Origin: Acidilobaceae archaeon
GTDB lineage: Archaea > Thermoproteota > Thermoprotei_A > Sulfolobales > Acidilobaceae
Direction of reading: 5' to 3'
DNA: 52,286 nt
Assembly (NCBI GenBank): GCA_026995555.1
Contig: JALWOJ010000162.1
Coordinates: forward strand, 1 to 52,286
Position numbers and translations under genes: made by a program. A model generated the notes under the pieces. The model was not told where the DNA came from. It saw only the letters and a list, made by a program, of their open reading frames with translations, and did no database searches. Shown here piece by piece: positions 30,289 through 39,738 of this stretch (positions within the stretch are counted from its first letter, which is position 1; every line of letters starts with the position of its first letter).

Positions 30289-30979
30289 CCCACTTCTCCC
30301 GCACTCCCCTCTTGATCATTTTATCCAGTCTCTTAATGAATTCTTCATCCAGCCTGGGCTTGCCAGTCTTATTGTAAACCTCATTTAAGTAAGCAACGAG
30401 CAGATTAGTTCCCATCCTACCTAAAAATGTAACGTACCAAAACCCTGTTTTCTTTTGCTTTAACATTATCCTCAACGGTATTTTTGATGCTTTGTAAACG
30501 CCATCCTCAAAAACTATTTCATCCTTTATATTTAAAAACTTAAGATTAACAATATCAGACTGCCTCATGCCACTAAAAGCCATTAACGATATAGCCACCT
30601 TCATTGGCAGAGGAGCTCTGTTTATCAGGACCTTTACCTCATCTGGCTTTGGAATGTAGTCAAAAACTTGCGGGACAGGTTTCTCAAGCTTAACTTTTAC
30701 CTCAACCCTGTTCATTTTAAGGAAAGATTTTATAGCCGCAAGGTAGACGTTTATTGACTTAGGTGCTAGTCCCTCGCTCTTAAGTTTGTATTTAAAGTCC
30801 TCAAGCATCTCCTCAACTTTAGCAGGGTCGCTTTTAGCTAAACTTACTATTTCGTCAACGCTTATATTTGTAAATTTCAAAAACCTGTTTATTGAAGCTC
30901 TGTAGGTAATTAAGCTACCTTTACCCTCATACCTCCTCAAAAACCTGTCAACTAACGATTGGTTTGACATGTTTCTCAC
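30263..30979 (-). pseudogene. Truncated tyrosine integrase fused to an antitoxin-like C-terminus
   Basis: Core-binding domain, FSGMRQSDIVNL, KKTG present; HxxR and catalytic Tyr absent; tail overlaps the PIN start. Confidence 0.75.
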
Positions 30980-31049
30980 CGTCGTTTTTACGATATTGTT
31001 GTATCCCTCTCGCTCTTAATAAATTTTTAATATATGAGAATTTTAAATT

Positions 31050-31253
31050 TTAAATACTTTTAAATAGTAATTAATTGAAGCAGATGATCCGCATTGCGGT
31101 GAAGCATACTATTCCCCAGATGGGAGGGCTATGGCGTTGGGCTCGACTGAGCCCCATGAGGTACGGGTGAAGCTAATGAACCCATACCGAGGGCTAAACC
31201 CCCCTCACGGAATTAAAAGTATTGAAAACTAACTAAAAGTACCGTGAGAGGGG
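31050..31253 (+). mobile_element. Non-autonomous IS607-like remnant/structured K-turn RNA
   Basis: K-turn + K-loop hairpin 31150-31195; three phased 10-mers 31211-31240 inside a CTCACGG/CCGTGAG stem; inverted copy of the repeat at 31053-31065; boundaries uncertain. Confidence 0.5.
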
Positions 31254-31301
31254 AAACGCTAATTGCTCTAACATACATAATATTCGGATGGTGGCTAAGA
31301 G

Positions 31302-31499
31302 TTGTCTAAGGTCGTAAGAGTAAGGTATGAGAGGGGCGTGTTAAAGCTGTTGGAACCAGTAGAGCTTAAGGAAGGTGAGGAGGTAAGGATAAGGATTGAG
31401 AAGGGGCTGAGGGAAAGGCTGAAGGATATCATCGGTGTTCTTGGTGAGTCTAGTGAGGAAGAATTAGAGAGGTATCTAGAGGAGGCTTGGCAGTCGTGA
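31302..31499 (+). CDS. AF2212-like (DUF104) antitoxin
   Basis: VRYERGVLKLLEPVELKEGEEV; overlaps the PIN gene. Confidence 0.88.
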   Translation: MSKVVRVRYERGVLKLLEPVELKEGEEVRIRIEKGLRERLKDIIGVLGESSEEELERYLEEAWQS

Positions 31500-31939
31500 T
31501 TTTCCTTGATACTAACATACTATATCACATTCTCCACAAGACGCCCAGAACAGAAGAAACATTAACCATACTAGACGAGAACCCTGGTGACTACGTCGTT
31601 GACATGGTAGTTCACAATGAGATAATGTATGCGTCAACAATTCACTATTTAGAGCGCAGGCGCGGAGTAAAGGGAGCTTACTCGGCCAGAAAGTGGATAA
31701 AGAAACACGGATATCCAGAGGAGGTAATTAATGCTGTTAGAGAACTAATTAAAAGACTAAACATTAGGTTAATACCAAGCATATACACTGAACAAGAACT
31801 TTACGAGGTATTAACAGAATTTAGACTGCTGCCAAGCGACGCTATAATCGCGTTAACCTGTAAGCATCACGGCATAGATACTATTCTCACCCTTGATGAG
31901 GACTTTAAGAGAGTTCCTTGGCTTAAGGTTATACCTTAG
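31487..31939 (+). CDS. vapC: VapC/PIN toxin (intact)
   Basis: FLDTNIL, VHNE, LLPSDAIIA, TLDEDFKRV. Confidence 0.92.
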   Translation: MAVVIFLDTNILYHILHKTPRTEETLTILDENPGDYVVDMVVHNEIMYASTIHYLERRRGVKGAYSARKWIKKHGYPEEVINAVRELIKRLNIRLIPSIYTEQELYEVLTEFRLLPSDAIIALTCKHHGIDTILTLDEDFKRVPWLKVIP

Positions 31940-31953
31940 AGGTCTTAGCGGGT

Positions 31954-32337
31954 TTGGATGCCTCCTTAGGCACGTGGTTATACCTCGTGATTATCTGGGC
32001 TGAGGAAAACCCTGAATTCTTTAAATTCCTTAAGCGCTGGTATGAGGATTATGAGCTAAGGCAGGGAAAGCCAGGAATTACATTTATTGATGAAGGGGAC
32101 TTCCTATATGTAAGGAAGAGTTTTCTAAGTCAAGAAGAAGAGCACATACTTGAAGACGAATTACGCAGAATTTACCTCTTTAGTATAAGAAGAGCAAAAT
32201 CTTTAAGAGAGTTTTGTATAGGATTTCATCATCTAAATTGTAATCATATAAAAGACCAGCTAGAGTATCTCTGCGAAGAAGGACTTATGTTCAAATATCA
32301 TGATAGGTATTTTAGTCTTGCTGTTCCACTAAGATAG
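31954..32337 (+). CDS. Hypothetical; resembles C-terminus of RiPP-maturation radical SAM methyltransferase (fragment)
   Basis: Ends LEYLCEEGLMFKYHDRYFSLAVP; no CxxxCxxC. Confidence 0.4.
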   Translation: MDASLGTWLYLVIIWAEENPEFFKFLKRWYEDYELRQGKPGITFIDEGDFLYVRKSFLSQEEEHILEDELRRIYLFSIRRAKSLREFCIGFHHLNCNHIKDQLEYLCEEGLMFKYHDRYFSLAVPLR

Positions 32338-32345
32338 GCTTAATT

Positions 32346-33566
32346 TTAAAATGTAGTATCGGACTGTTCAATCTTAGTAAGCAGAGTTTTGATAATAGGT
32401 ATTACCAGTATTATTGGGATAGCAGCTATTAGATATATAAGATTATAATTCTTGGATAAGATGAGCACTCCTATAATAATACTCATCACTGCTTGTACTA
32501 TATTATTTGTTGCAGACATCAGCGATAAAATTGAAGTCCTCGCATCAGATGGTATAACAATATTATAGAGTGTCCTCATTAATGGACCATATATACCAGC
32601 GAGAAATTCTATGGCAAGTATTGAAGCTATAGCAATTTTTACTTGAAGAGTACCCAGAATACTAAGAATGATATAGGAAATTGAGGTAACGCCTAGCGGA
32701 AATAGTAACACATTTCCCATTCCATATCTTGACAAGAAGGCTGCTGCAAAAGCACCAAGACTGGCAAACACCATCATTAAGGACCATATTAAACCGTAGA
32801 GGCTTTCTTGTATTTTGAATAGGTCCTTAAGTAATGGCTGCCAGCTCATTACCAAAACCCAGAACGCTGCTGAAAGGTTAGCCGAAGACATTAAGCTTAG
32901 TAAAATTTCCTTCTTTAATGCATAGTTCTTGAGAATTTCAATCATTACCTTGGGAGAAATTTTCTGTATCTTACCGTAATTCTCCTCACCTATTAACGTA
33001 ACTATTAGGGAGAGAATCATCATTAGTAGGCCCGACGCAAATACAGGCAGCCAGTAACCTTCAATAGCTATGAAAGCTGCAATAAAGCCTGCAAATACCC
33101 TAGCTATAGTGCTAAAACCTCTAGCAAGGCTAAATGTTAAGGATAGGTCCTCTTTAAGGTTCTTTGAGTACCTCTTAATGCCATCAACTACCCAGGCTTG
33201 AAGACTACCACTCATTAATGATACGCCAATACCGGAGACTATAGATGCCGCTATAACCCATAAAATCTCTCTTGAAGTCGATAGTATCACTAATGATACA
33301 CCTTCAAGTGCAAGGCCAAGACTATAAGACCTCTTACGTCCTAGGGCATCAGCTATGACACCAGTAGGATAGTCTATGAAGGTAACACATAGCTTGTTTA
33401 TTAATAGAGCTAACCCTAAACCATAGGCACCCACATTGTTATAGACTGTAATGAATAGATAAGCACCTGAAACGCTGTCTACGAAGCTTACTAGCGATAA
33501 AAATAAAACATAAAGTCTAGCTGAAGTGGGAAGCCTCCTAAGCTTAAGTGGAAAGCCCTTCACCAC
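32346..33566 (-). CDS. MFS exporter
   Basis: DYPTGVIADALGRKRS (motif A), 12 TM helices. Confidence 0.88.
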   Translation of the reverse strand: MVKGFPLKLRRLPTSARLYVLFLSLVSFVDSVSGAYLFITVYNNVGAYGLGLALLINKLCVTFIDYPTGVIADALGRKRSYSLGLALEGVSLVILSTSREILWVIAASIVSGIGVSLMSGSLQAWVVDGIKRYSKNLKEDLSLTFSLARGFSTIARVFAGFIAAFIAIEGYWLPVFASGLLMMILSLIVTLIGEENYGKIQKISPKVMIEILKNYALKKEILLSLMSSANLSAAFWVLVMSWQPLLKDLFKIQESLYGLIWSLMMVFASLGAFAAAFLSRYGMGNVLLFPLGVTSISYIILSILGTLQVKIAIASILAIEFLAGIYGPLMRTLYNIVIPSDARTSILSLMSATNNIVQAVMSIIIGVLILSKNYNLIYLIAAIPIILVIPIIKTLLTKIEQSDTTF

Positions 33567-34819
33567 AAGGTATGCACCCTTAAGTCAAAATACTTCTAGA
33601 GTAGTTGAAAAGTAGTATCTCTTTGCTTTTTATCAGCATCAGCTGACGGCTGTAAAGACCCTCTTCATATTGTGAAAGACTTATAGATTCCTTACCAAGG
33701 TTTTTGGTGGTGTCTACGCCTCTAATCGTAAACTCTAGCGATAGTGGTGAATGCACAGGGCTTTGAATATTAGTACTATATTTAGTCTGTAGAGATTTTA
33801 TGCTACGACAAAAACGTTGAACCTCCTGATCTCATTGTCGTGGATAGAGACAATATCGTATTTAGAGGGCATCGAAGAATGCGCGAAGGATGGTGATCGC
33901 GCAGAGAATGTTCATAGAAGCTTTGGACAAGCACTAAGGCTAGCCTTGAGAAAAGATACGTGTTTGTAATAGATATCGAGAGAATATCTGATGAATTGAA
34001 AAGATTTCGCAGCTCATTAATACAGCTTAGCATTCGTTAGGTACATCCTCAAGACAACAATCTCTATAGTTAATCTGCGTAGCTTATGGAGATAGGCTGG
34101 ATTGTATGTTGCTTTTGAAGGATCAGAGAAAGAAGTTAGATTAAAATGTTTGAATGTTTTAGACTAAACGAGCTCTGTTCTCTATCCTTCGACTATTTCT
34201 GAAAAACATCTTTCAGCATCGTTTTGCAGAGTTCCTTAAGCTCATCCGCGACATGCTCATGTCTAGCTGTTTAAATGAGCGTGAACGCCAGCTCCGGCAT
34301 AATTATTACATCAACGCGGCATCGAGAGCGTACAGCTTCGCAACGATATTGTCTTTAGCTCTCTCTCCCTGCGCTCTTTGGGTCGTAATTCCCTAGCCTC
34401 GTGAGCCACTTCGTCTTGAACTCGTAAAGCTTATCGTTTTCAAATCTAATCGGGTCTGTACTGAACATTCCACTTTGCATAGAGGATCTATAGATATATA
34501 AATTAGCAAAAATACCCAGCAATGGAATCTAGTAATTAAAACGTGTTCTAAATAACAATGTTCTCAAGTAGAAACCCGTTGTAAACTACAGCTTTATTTG
34601 TATCGGCTTTTATGAATTCTCTAGCAAAATTTACTAGCCCTTCTGTATAGCACGTCAGCAAAATAATAGTTTTGCCATCGAGCCTATGAGAGCACCTAAG
34701 GATACTAAGTGTAACAGCAATGACTTCACACCTATTAGCGGAGCCCCTAGCAGTAAAGAATACCGTGAATGAGTGGGTTAAGAGGGAAGAACGCCGAGCT
34801 GTTAGTATTGCTCCAGCAC

Positions 34820-34981
34820 TCATCCTCTACTACCCTCTACTACTAGGCTTCCTTCTGGCGCCGTAGCTGAGCTTGTCTTTGCCCCTATCCAGCCGTGGAA
34901 GTAGGTGTAGAGGGCTACTCCAAGCGCTATGGTCACTATCACCATCAGTACTACAGCTACCAGATACGATACTCCCCTCAT
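34820..34981 (-). pseudogene. Truncated archaeal type IV pilin (class III signal peptide)
   Basis: MRG|VSYLVAVVLMVIVTIALGVALYTYF...; 53 aa; stops just after a 10-bp tandem duplication; absent from the ORF track. Confidence 0.75.
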
Positions 34982-35226
34982 TCCACCACCCACAGGAAAA
35001 GATAAAATCCATATATAAATATCAGCAAAAGAGATATCAATCAGAATCGCCAGGAATAGAAAATCCAGGCAGACGCCGCGAAAAGAAGCGGGAGCACAAG
35101 ATAATAGAATAGAGAAGCAAGCAGCTCCCTAGAGATATCTCTAGCAATAAGAACGAGCAGGAGCAAGCTAGCAAGCAGGATAGCCAGCATCCGCAGATCA
35201 AGCCACCTCCTATAGATTATCATCAT
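34978..35226 (-). pseudogene. Small 3-TM membrane protein with in-frame TGA
   Basis: ...SWRF*LISLLLIFIYGFYLFLWVVE*; TGA at 35043-35041; final stop overlaps the pilin ATG. Confidence 0.6.
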
Positions 35227-35227
35227 C

Positions 35228-36290
35228 TCACCCACGCCACTTGCTGAAATAGCTATACTCCTCGATCTCGCGGCGGATATGCTGCCGCCCAAGCACCGTG
35301 CCTATATAGAATCTTCTATTCCTGAGGGGCTCAGGGGCCTCATCCCTCCACTCAATCTCATAAGAGGCGACCAGCTCCCTGGAATAGAGATTCCACAGCA
35401 TCAGCTCTATTTTGCCGCCCACCCGCTTCAGCTGAATCCGGTAGAGCTCATCTACTTCTTCGAGAAGCCCCAGCTCCTTAAGCCCATATGATATACTCCG
35501 AGCCCACGGCCACGAATAAGGCCCTCTATTGAATATCCTATGGATAATCTTGCTACTCTCTTCATGCCCATCTACATGATAAATCATTATCCCAGGAGAG
35601 AAGCCAAGCTTCTTCAGGAGCTCAGATATCTCCCTGCTCCTTACAGCTCTAAACCCCCTTCACCTTGGGGGAATAATAAATAAAGATATCCTGATGCCAC
35701 AGCCACAGGATCTCATTCTCTCGAAGGGGGAGAAGAGTATGAGCAATTAAATCGAGAGCTACATCTCTCTTACCTCTTTTTACCAACTTCTTACTCTCTT
35801 CAACAACCCTCTCCACATAATATTTCAGGCCAGGAGATATCTTCAGCGATCTACTGTTAATCCGCATATGCCTTATCGACGCGCCAATTCTTCCAGCACG
35901 GCTCCTCTCCCTATCGAAAAGGTCCTCAACATCCCTAGGATCCACTAACGCTATATACTTACCACCATCATGCTTCACTAACCCCTTCCGCTTCAGCTGA
36001 GCAATCTGCTTCCTAACAGTACCCTGAGAGACGAGTTTCCCGGAGAGAATCCTGTATACTTTATATATCTCTTCTAGGCTACTACCCTGTAGATAGAGGT
36101 ACCATAATAATGCGTACTGTATAGAATAGCTATCAGCTATCCTCTTCAGTCGCCGCAGCAGCTCCCTCTCTATCTTCCTCCTGACATCCTCGCCCAGAGC
36201 ACCTACATTGACACTCTCATACCAGCTGCCATCAGCATTGAATTCAGGTGTAAATTCCCGCCCGGAATCACTCCCGGGAACCATGATCAT
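35228..36290 (-). pseudogene. Frameshifted ~353-aa wHTH protein with tyrosine-recombinase-like motifs
   Basis: Two ORFs join by one indel in the G5 run (35654-35658); RDVALDLIAHTLLPLRENEILWLWHQDI, KG-FRAV, PWAR, LGR-x9-Y. Confidence 0.55.
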
Positions 36291-36326
36291 CAGTTAAAAG
36301 GAGCCCATATAGGGGGTATAAAAGCG

Positions 36327-36404
36327 TGGCGGGCCCGCCGGGATTTGAACCCGGGACCTCCGGCTCCGCAGGCCGGCGCTCTGTCCTGGCTGAGCTACGG
36401 GCCC
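36327..36404 (-). tRNA. tRNA-Arg(GCG)
   Basis: Cloverleaf: GGGCCCG/CGGGCCC acceptor, CCGGC-CT-GCG-GA-GCCGG, GGTTCAAATCC, encoded CCA. Confidence 0.97.
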
Positions 36405-36636
36405 CAAGCTACGTTTCATTACTGTATAGTTTTATTAATATAACATCATACAGTGATTTAGCTATACAATTAACAATAATCAATGCCAGCCTCAATGATC
36501 TTAGTCAAAACATAAAAACCTAATCAGACTTTACAATATTCTTATTTAGAATAGAGTCGTAGAACTTATGCTTGAGGAAAGCAATTTAAAATAGGATGTC
36601 GAAGGTGATAATGCATTAAAGGTTACTTTAAAGAAG

Positions 36637-37989
36637 GTGAAGAAGTTGAAGAGGAGCAATGAAAGAGTTAGGAACTTCACAGATATACTTGACTCTGCCA
36701 AATGGAGCGGCGTTCACTGGAGGCTATTTGCCGTCTTCGCGGACAACTACCTCTTCGACGGGATAATGTTCGCGGTTGCACCCCTCCTCCTCTACCTGGT
36801 TGCCCCCTCGAGCGTCGCCCCAACGATATTTGCGCTGAACCTTTTGAGCGAGGCAGCAGGCTCTATAGTCTTTGGAAAGCTTGCCGATGTCTACGGAAGG
36901 TTGAAGATATTTGCATTTTCCATGGCGTTAGAGGCTGGAAGCTTAGTTCTTCTGCTCCCTCTTTATAAAAACGTGATTGCCCTTGCCCTCCTAACAAGCT
37001 TAATGACCTTCGGTATTGGAGGGGAGTTTGGGGCGGCTTACGCCCTTGTTGCAGAGCTCACCCCTGCAAAACATAGGGGGAAGGCCCTTCTTTTGGCTAC
37101 GAACTTCTGGAACCTGGGGAGCGCGATAATAGCTGCCCTGAGCTTGATATATGCAAAGATCTCTACAAGCTCATCCACGCAAGTTGAGTACCTCCTTCTG
37201 ACCGCTTTAGGAACTGCCCTCGGGGCAGGCCTTGCAAGGCTTACTTTGCCAGAGTCACCAAGGTGGCTCGTTTTAAAGGGGAAGATCAATGAGGCAAGAA
37301 AGGTTGTTGAGGAGATCACTGGTTATAAAGGGGAAATGAAGTTTTATGTCAGTGAAGAAAGCGGAATTCCGCTCTCTGAAGCCTTGGAAAGGTATCTGTT
37401 CAGGTTTATTGTTCTCGTTATAATAACTCTGGCCCAGTACATAACTTATGACATAACAGCCTATTACATACCTTATGCTCCAGGATTTGCCTTTGGGGAG
37501 AAGGTTGTGAGCTACGTTGTTCTTTATGCAAACATAGGCGCCTCCATTGGGGCATTTTTGATACTTCCCCTAATAGATAGAAGCAGAAGGTGGTCGACAA
37601 CAGCAAGCTTCTTAGGAGGAACGATAACATCATTTATCCTTCTATATGCAGACATTTCCAAGAACTTAAACCTCTTCTACATAGATCTCCTGGTGAACAT
37701 GATATTTAGTGAGTGGGCCTGGGGAAGCCTAAGCATATTACAAAGTGAGCTGTTCCCCACGGGAGTTAGATCAAGTGTTGTGGGGCTTCTCACAGGCCTT
37801 CAGGGCATAAGCGGGGCACTGATAGTTTATTTCAGCCTGGGTGCAAGCGCCTCAGCTCTCTTCGCCTCAATAATAACGTTATGGTCCTTAGGCCTCCTGG
37901 CCTCACTGATGTGGCACCTGAGAGGAGTTGAGTCGGCAAGTGTAGGAATTGAAAAGTTAGAAGTAGCGCCCTATAACTCTAGAACTTAA
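36637..37989 (+). CDS. MFS transporter (sugar porter/aromatic acid-like)
   Basis: GKLADVYGR, GIGGE, AELTPAKHRG, PESPRWL, ELFPTGVRS. Confidence 0.92.
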   Translation: MKKLKRSNERVRNFTDILDSAKWSGVHWRLFAVFADNYLFDGIMFAVAPLLLYLVAPSSVAPTIFALNLLSEAAGSIVFGKLADVYGRLKIFAFSMALEAGSLVLLLPLYKNVIALALLTSLMTFGIGGEFGAAYALVAELTPAKHRGKALLLATNFWNLGSAIIAALSLIYAKISTSSSTQVEYLLLTALGTALGAGLARLTLPESPRWLVLKGKINEARKVVEEITGYKGEMKFYVSEESGIPLSEALERYLFRFIVLVIITLAQYITYDITAYYIPYAPGFAFGEKVVSYVVLYANIGASIGAFLILPLIDRSRRWSTTASFLGGTITSFILLYADISKNLNLFYIDLLVNMIFSEWAWGSLSILQSELFPTGVRSSVVGLLTGLQGISGALIVYFSLGASASALFASIITLWSLGLLASLMWHLRGVESASVGIEKLEVAPYNSRT

Positions 37990-37998
37990 GACCATTAG

Positions 37999-38208
37999 TT
38001 AAACGTTGTTCTTGTTTATCTTAAAGACAAACCTTCTCCTATCATAATCGGGCTCTTTCGTCACCTTACCTTTCCTGATGAGATCGCTTAACGCCTTTCT
38101 TAAAGTTCTCATTTCTTTTCCAGAGATTCCAAGCTCCCTGGCTATTTCTCCAAAATCTTTTTCCTTGTCAGCAAGAACCTCTATTATTCTTCTTTCCAAT
38201 TCCTCCAT
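37999..38208 (-). CDS. Small winged-helix DNA-binding protein
   Basis: FGEIARELG...LRKALSDLIRKGKV; start ATG 38208. Confidence 0.7.
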   Translation of the reverse strand: MEELERRIIEVLADKEKDFGEIARELGISGKEMRTLRKALSDLIRKGKVTKEPDYDRRRFVFKINKNNV

Positions 38209-38406
38209 TTCTAAGCACCGAGGTGACAATATCATAATCACAAACATATCATTAATATATTTTGCTGAAAACCACACAACCTCCACACTACCTTTTATAA
38301 CAAACTATCATCATAGAGCTTAAAATAGTAATATCTATAAACTTTCCTAACAGTTTTCAAACTACATGCCGCTTTAATAATTAACAGTAGGAAAGGGAAC
38401 AGTAGC

Positions 38407-39738
38407 ATGAAGAAAGGTTTGCTAATTATAAGAAGAACTAGGGAAACTAGATACTCAATAGCCTCGCTGGTCGCAGCTGTAGACGCCTTGCTTAGCAACG
38501 ATTTCCCTATAAAGATCAAGATCGTTGACTCGTTTAATGATCTGATCAACATACTTTCAAGGGGTTTTGATGGTAAGATATTTCTAGCATATAGCCTGTT
38601 AACTACTCAAGTACCACGAATGCTTGATGAACTTAGACACCTCAACAAAATTAAGGAACTCGGTAACGTTATAACGATTATTGGAGGGCCTCACGCTTCA
38701 GGGGATCCTGTAGGCGCTCTAAACCTAGGGTTCGACTATGCAGTGGTTGGGGAGGCTGAGGAGAGCTTTCCCCTGCTGCTTAAAGTGCTTTTAGAAAATG
38801 GAGATCCCATTTCAAACGTTAGGGGGGTTGTGACGAAGGCTGATGAAAGGTATGTCTTTACCGGAAGGCCTAAGCCTGTGGACTTAAACAAATACCCTCC
38901 CTTCGCCTACTGGAGGAATCTCTTCTCCCCAATAGAGATAACAAGGGGCTGTCCCTTTGCCTGCAAATATTGTCAGGTCTCAATAATGCACGGTGCAATA
39001 CCTAGGCACAGAAGTCTTGAGAACGTATTGAAATATTCGGAAATTATGATAAAGTCTGGCAGAAAGGACTTAAGGTTCATATCTCCAAACGCCTTCTCCT
39101 ATCTAGGCGATGGTAGAAACCTAAACCTTAATGGTCTCTGCAGTCTAGTTGAGGGGCTTTACAGGCTAACTCGTAGACTAAAAGGTAGGTTCTTTCTGGG
39201 TACCTTCCCTAGCGAGGTAAGGCCTGAACATGCCGCTGAGGAGGACGCGGTCAAATGCATAAAGGGAAAGGTTGCAAATAGACGTATAATAATAGGGGCC
39301 CAGAGCGGAAGCAATGAAATTCTGAAGGCAATAAATAGGGGCCATTCAGTGGATGATGTAATCAATGCTATTGAAGTCTTAAACTCCTATGGCTTTGAGG
39401 TTGATGTAGATTTCATCTTAGGGATGCCTCCCGAAGACAATGTAGATATGGAGGAGACAGTTCGTTTTATGGAGTTCCTGACCTCAAGGTATAAAGTTAG
39501 GATACATGCCCATTACTACCTGCCTCTTCCTGGAAGTCCCTTTGACGTTAGGGAGCCTAAACCCATTCCTAGTCATTTAAGGAGAAGGCTTCTAAAGCTT
39601 CTTGGCAAGGGAAAGCTCTATGGAGACTGGTTGAAACAGGAAAGGCTTTCAGAGGAAATTGTTTCGCTGTGGAGAAGGGGTGTAATATTAGGATTTAAAG
39701 GATGGAGAAAGGTAAAGGTTCTAAAGCCTAGCTATTAA
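38407..39738 (+). CDS. B12-binding domain radical SAM protein (TIGR04013-like)
   Basis: GGPHASGDP, EITRGCPFACKYCQV, FPSEVRPE, GAQSGS. Confidence 0.9.
   Translation: MKKGLLIIRRTRETRYSIASLVAAVDALLSNDFPIKIKIVDSFNDLINILSRGFDGKIFLAYSLLTTQVPRMLDELRHLNKIKELGNVITIIGGPHASGDPVGALNLGFDYAVVGEAEESFPLLLKVLLENGDPISNVRGVVTKADERYVFTGRPKPVDLNKYPPFAYWRNLFSPIEITRGCPFACKYCQVSIMHGAIPRHRSLENVLKYSEIMIKSGRKDLRFISPNAFSYLGDGRNLNLNGLCSLVEGLYRLTRRLKGRFFLGTFPSEVRPEHAAEEDAVKCIKGKVANRRIIIGAQSGSNEILKAINRGHSVDDVINAIEVLNSYGFEVDVDFILGMPPEDNVDMEETVRFMEFLTSRYKVRIHAHYYLPLPGSPFDVREPKPIPSHLRRRLLKLLGKGKLYGDWLKQERLSEEIVSLWRRGVILGFKGWRKVKVLKPSY

Noticed and set aside
31081..31105. CAGATGA-stem-TGAAG as a hammerhead ribozyme
   Set aside because: Core needs CUGANGA and GAAA; both deviate and stems I/III are missing
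33615..33670. Minus-strand ATGAAGA...CTGA...TGATAA
   Set aside because: No D box, terminal stem or recognisable target
34548..34823. 91-aa ORF as the variable pilin C-terminus (shufflon idea)
   Set aside because: Removing one 10-bp repeat does not join it in frame to the pilin; no cassette repeats seen
36326..36523. 65-aa ORF MAGPPGFEPGTSG
   Set aside because: Antisense shadow of tRNA-Arg
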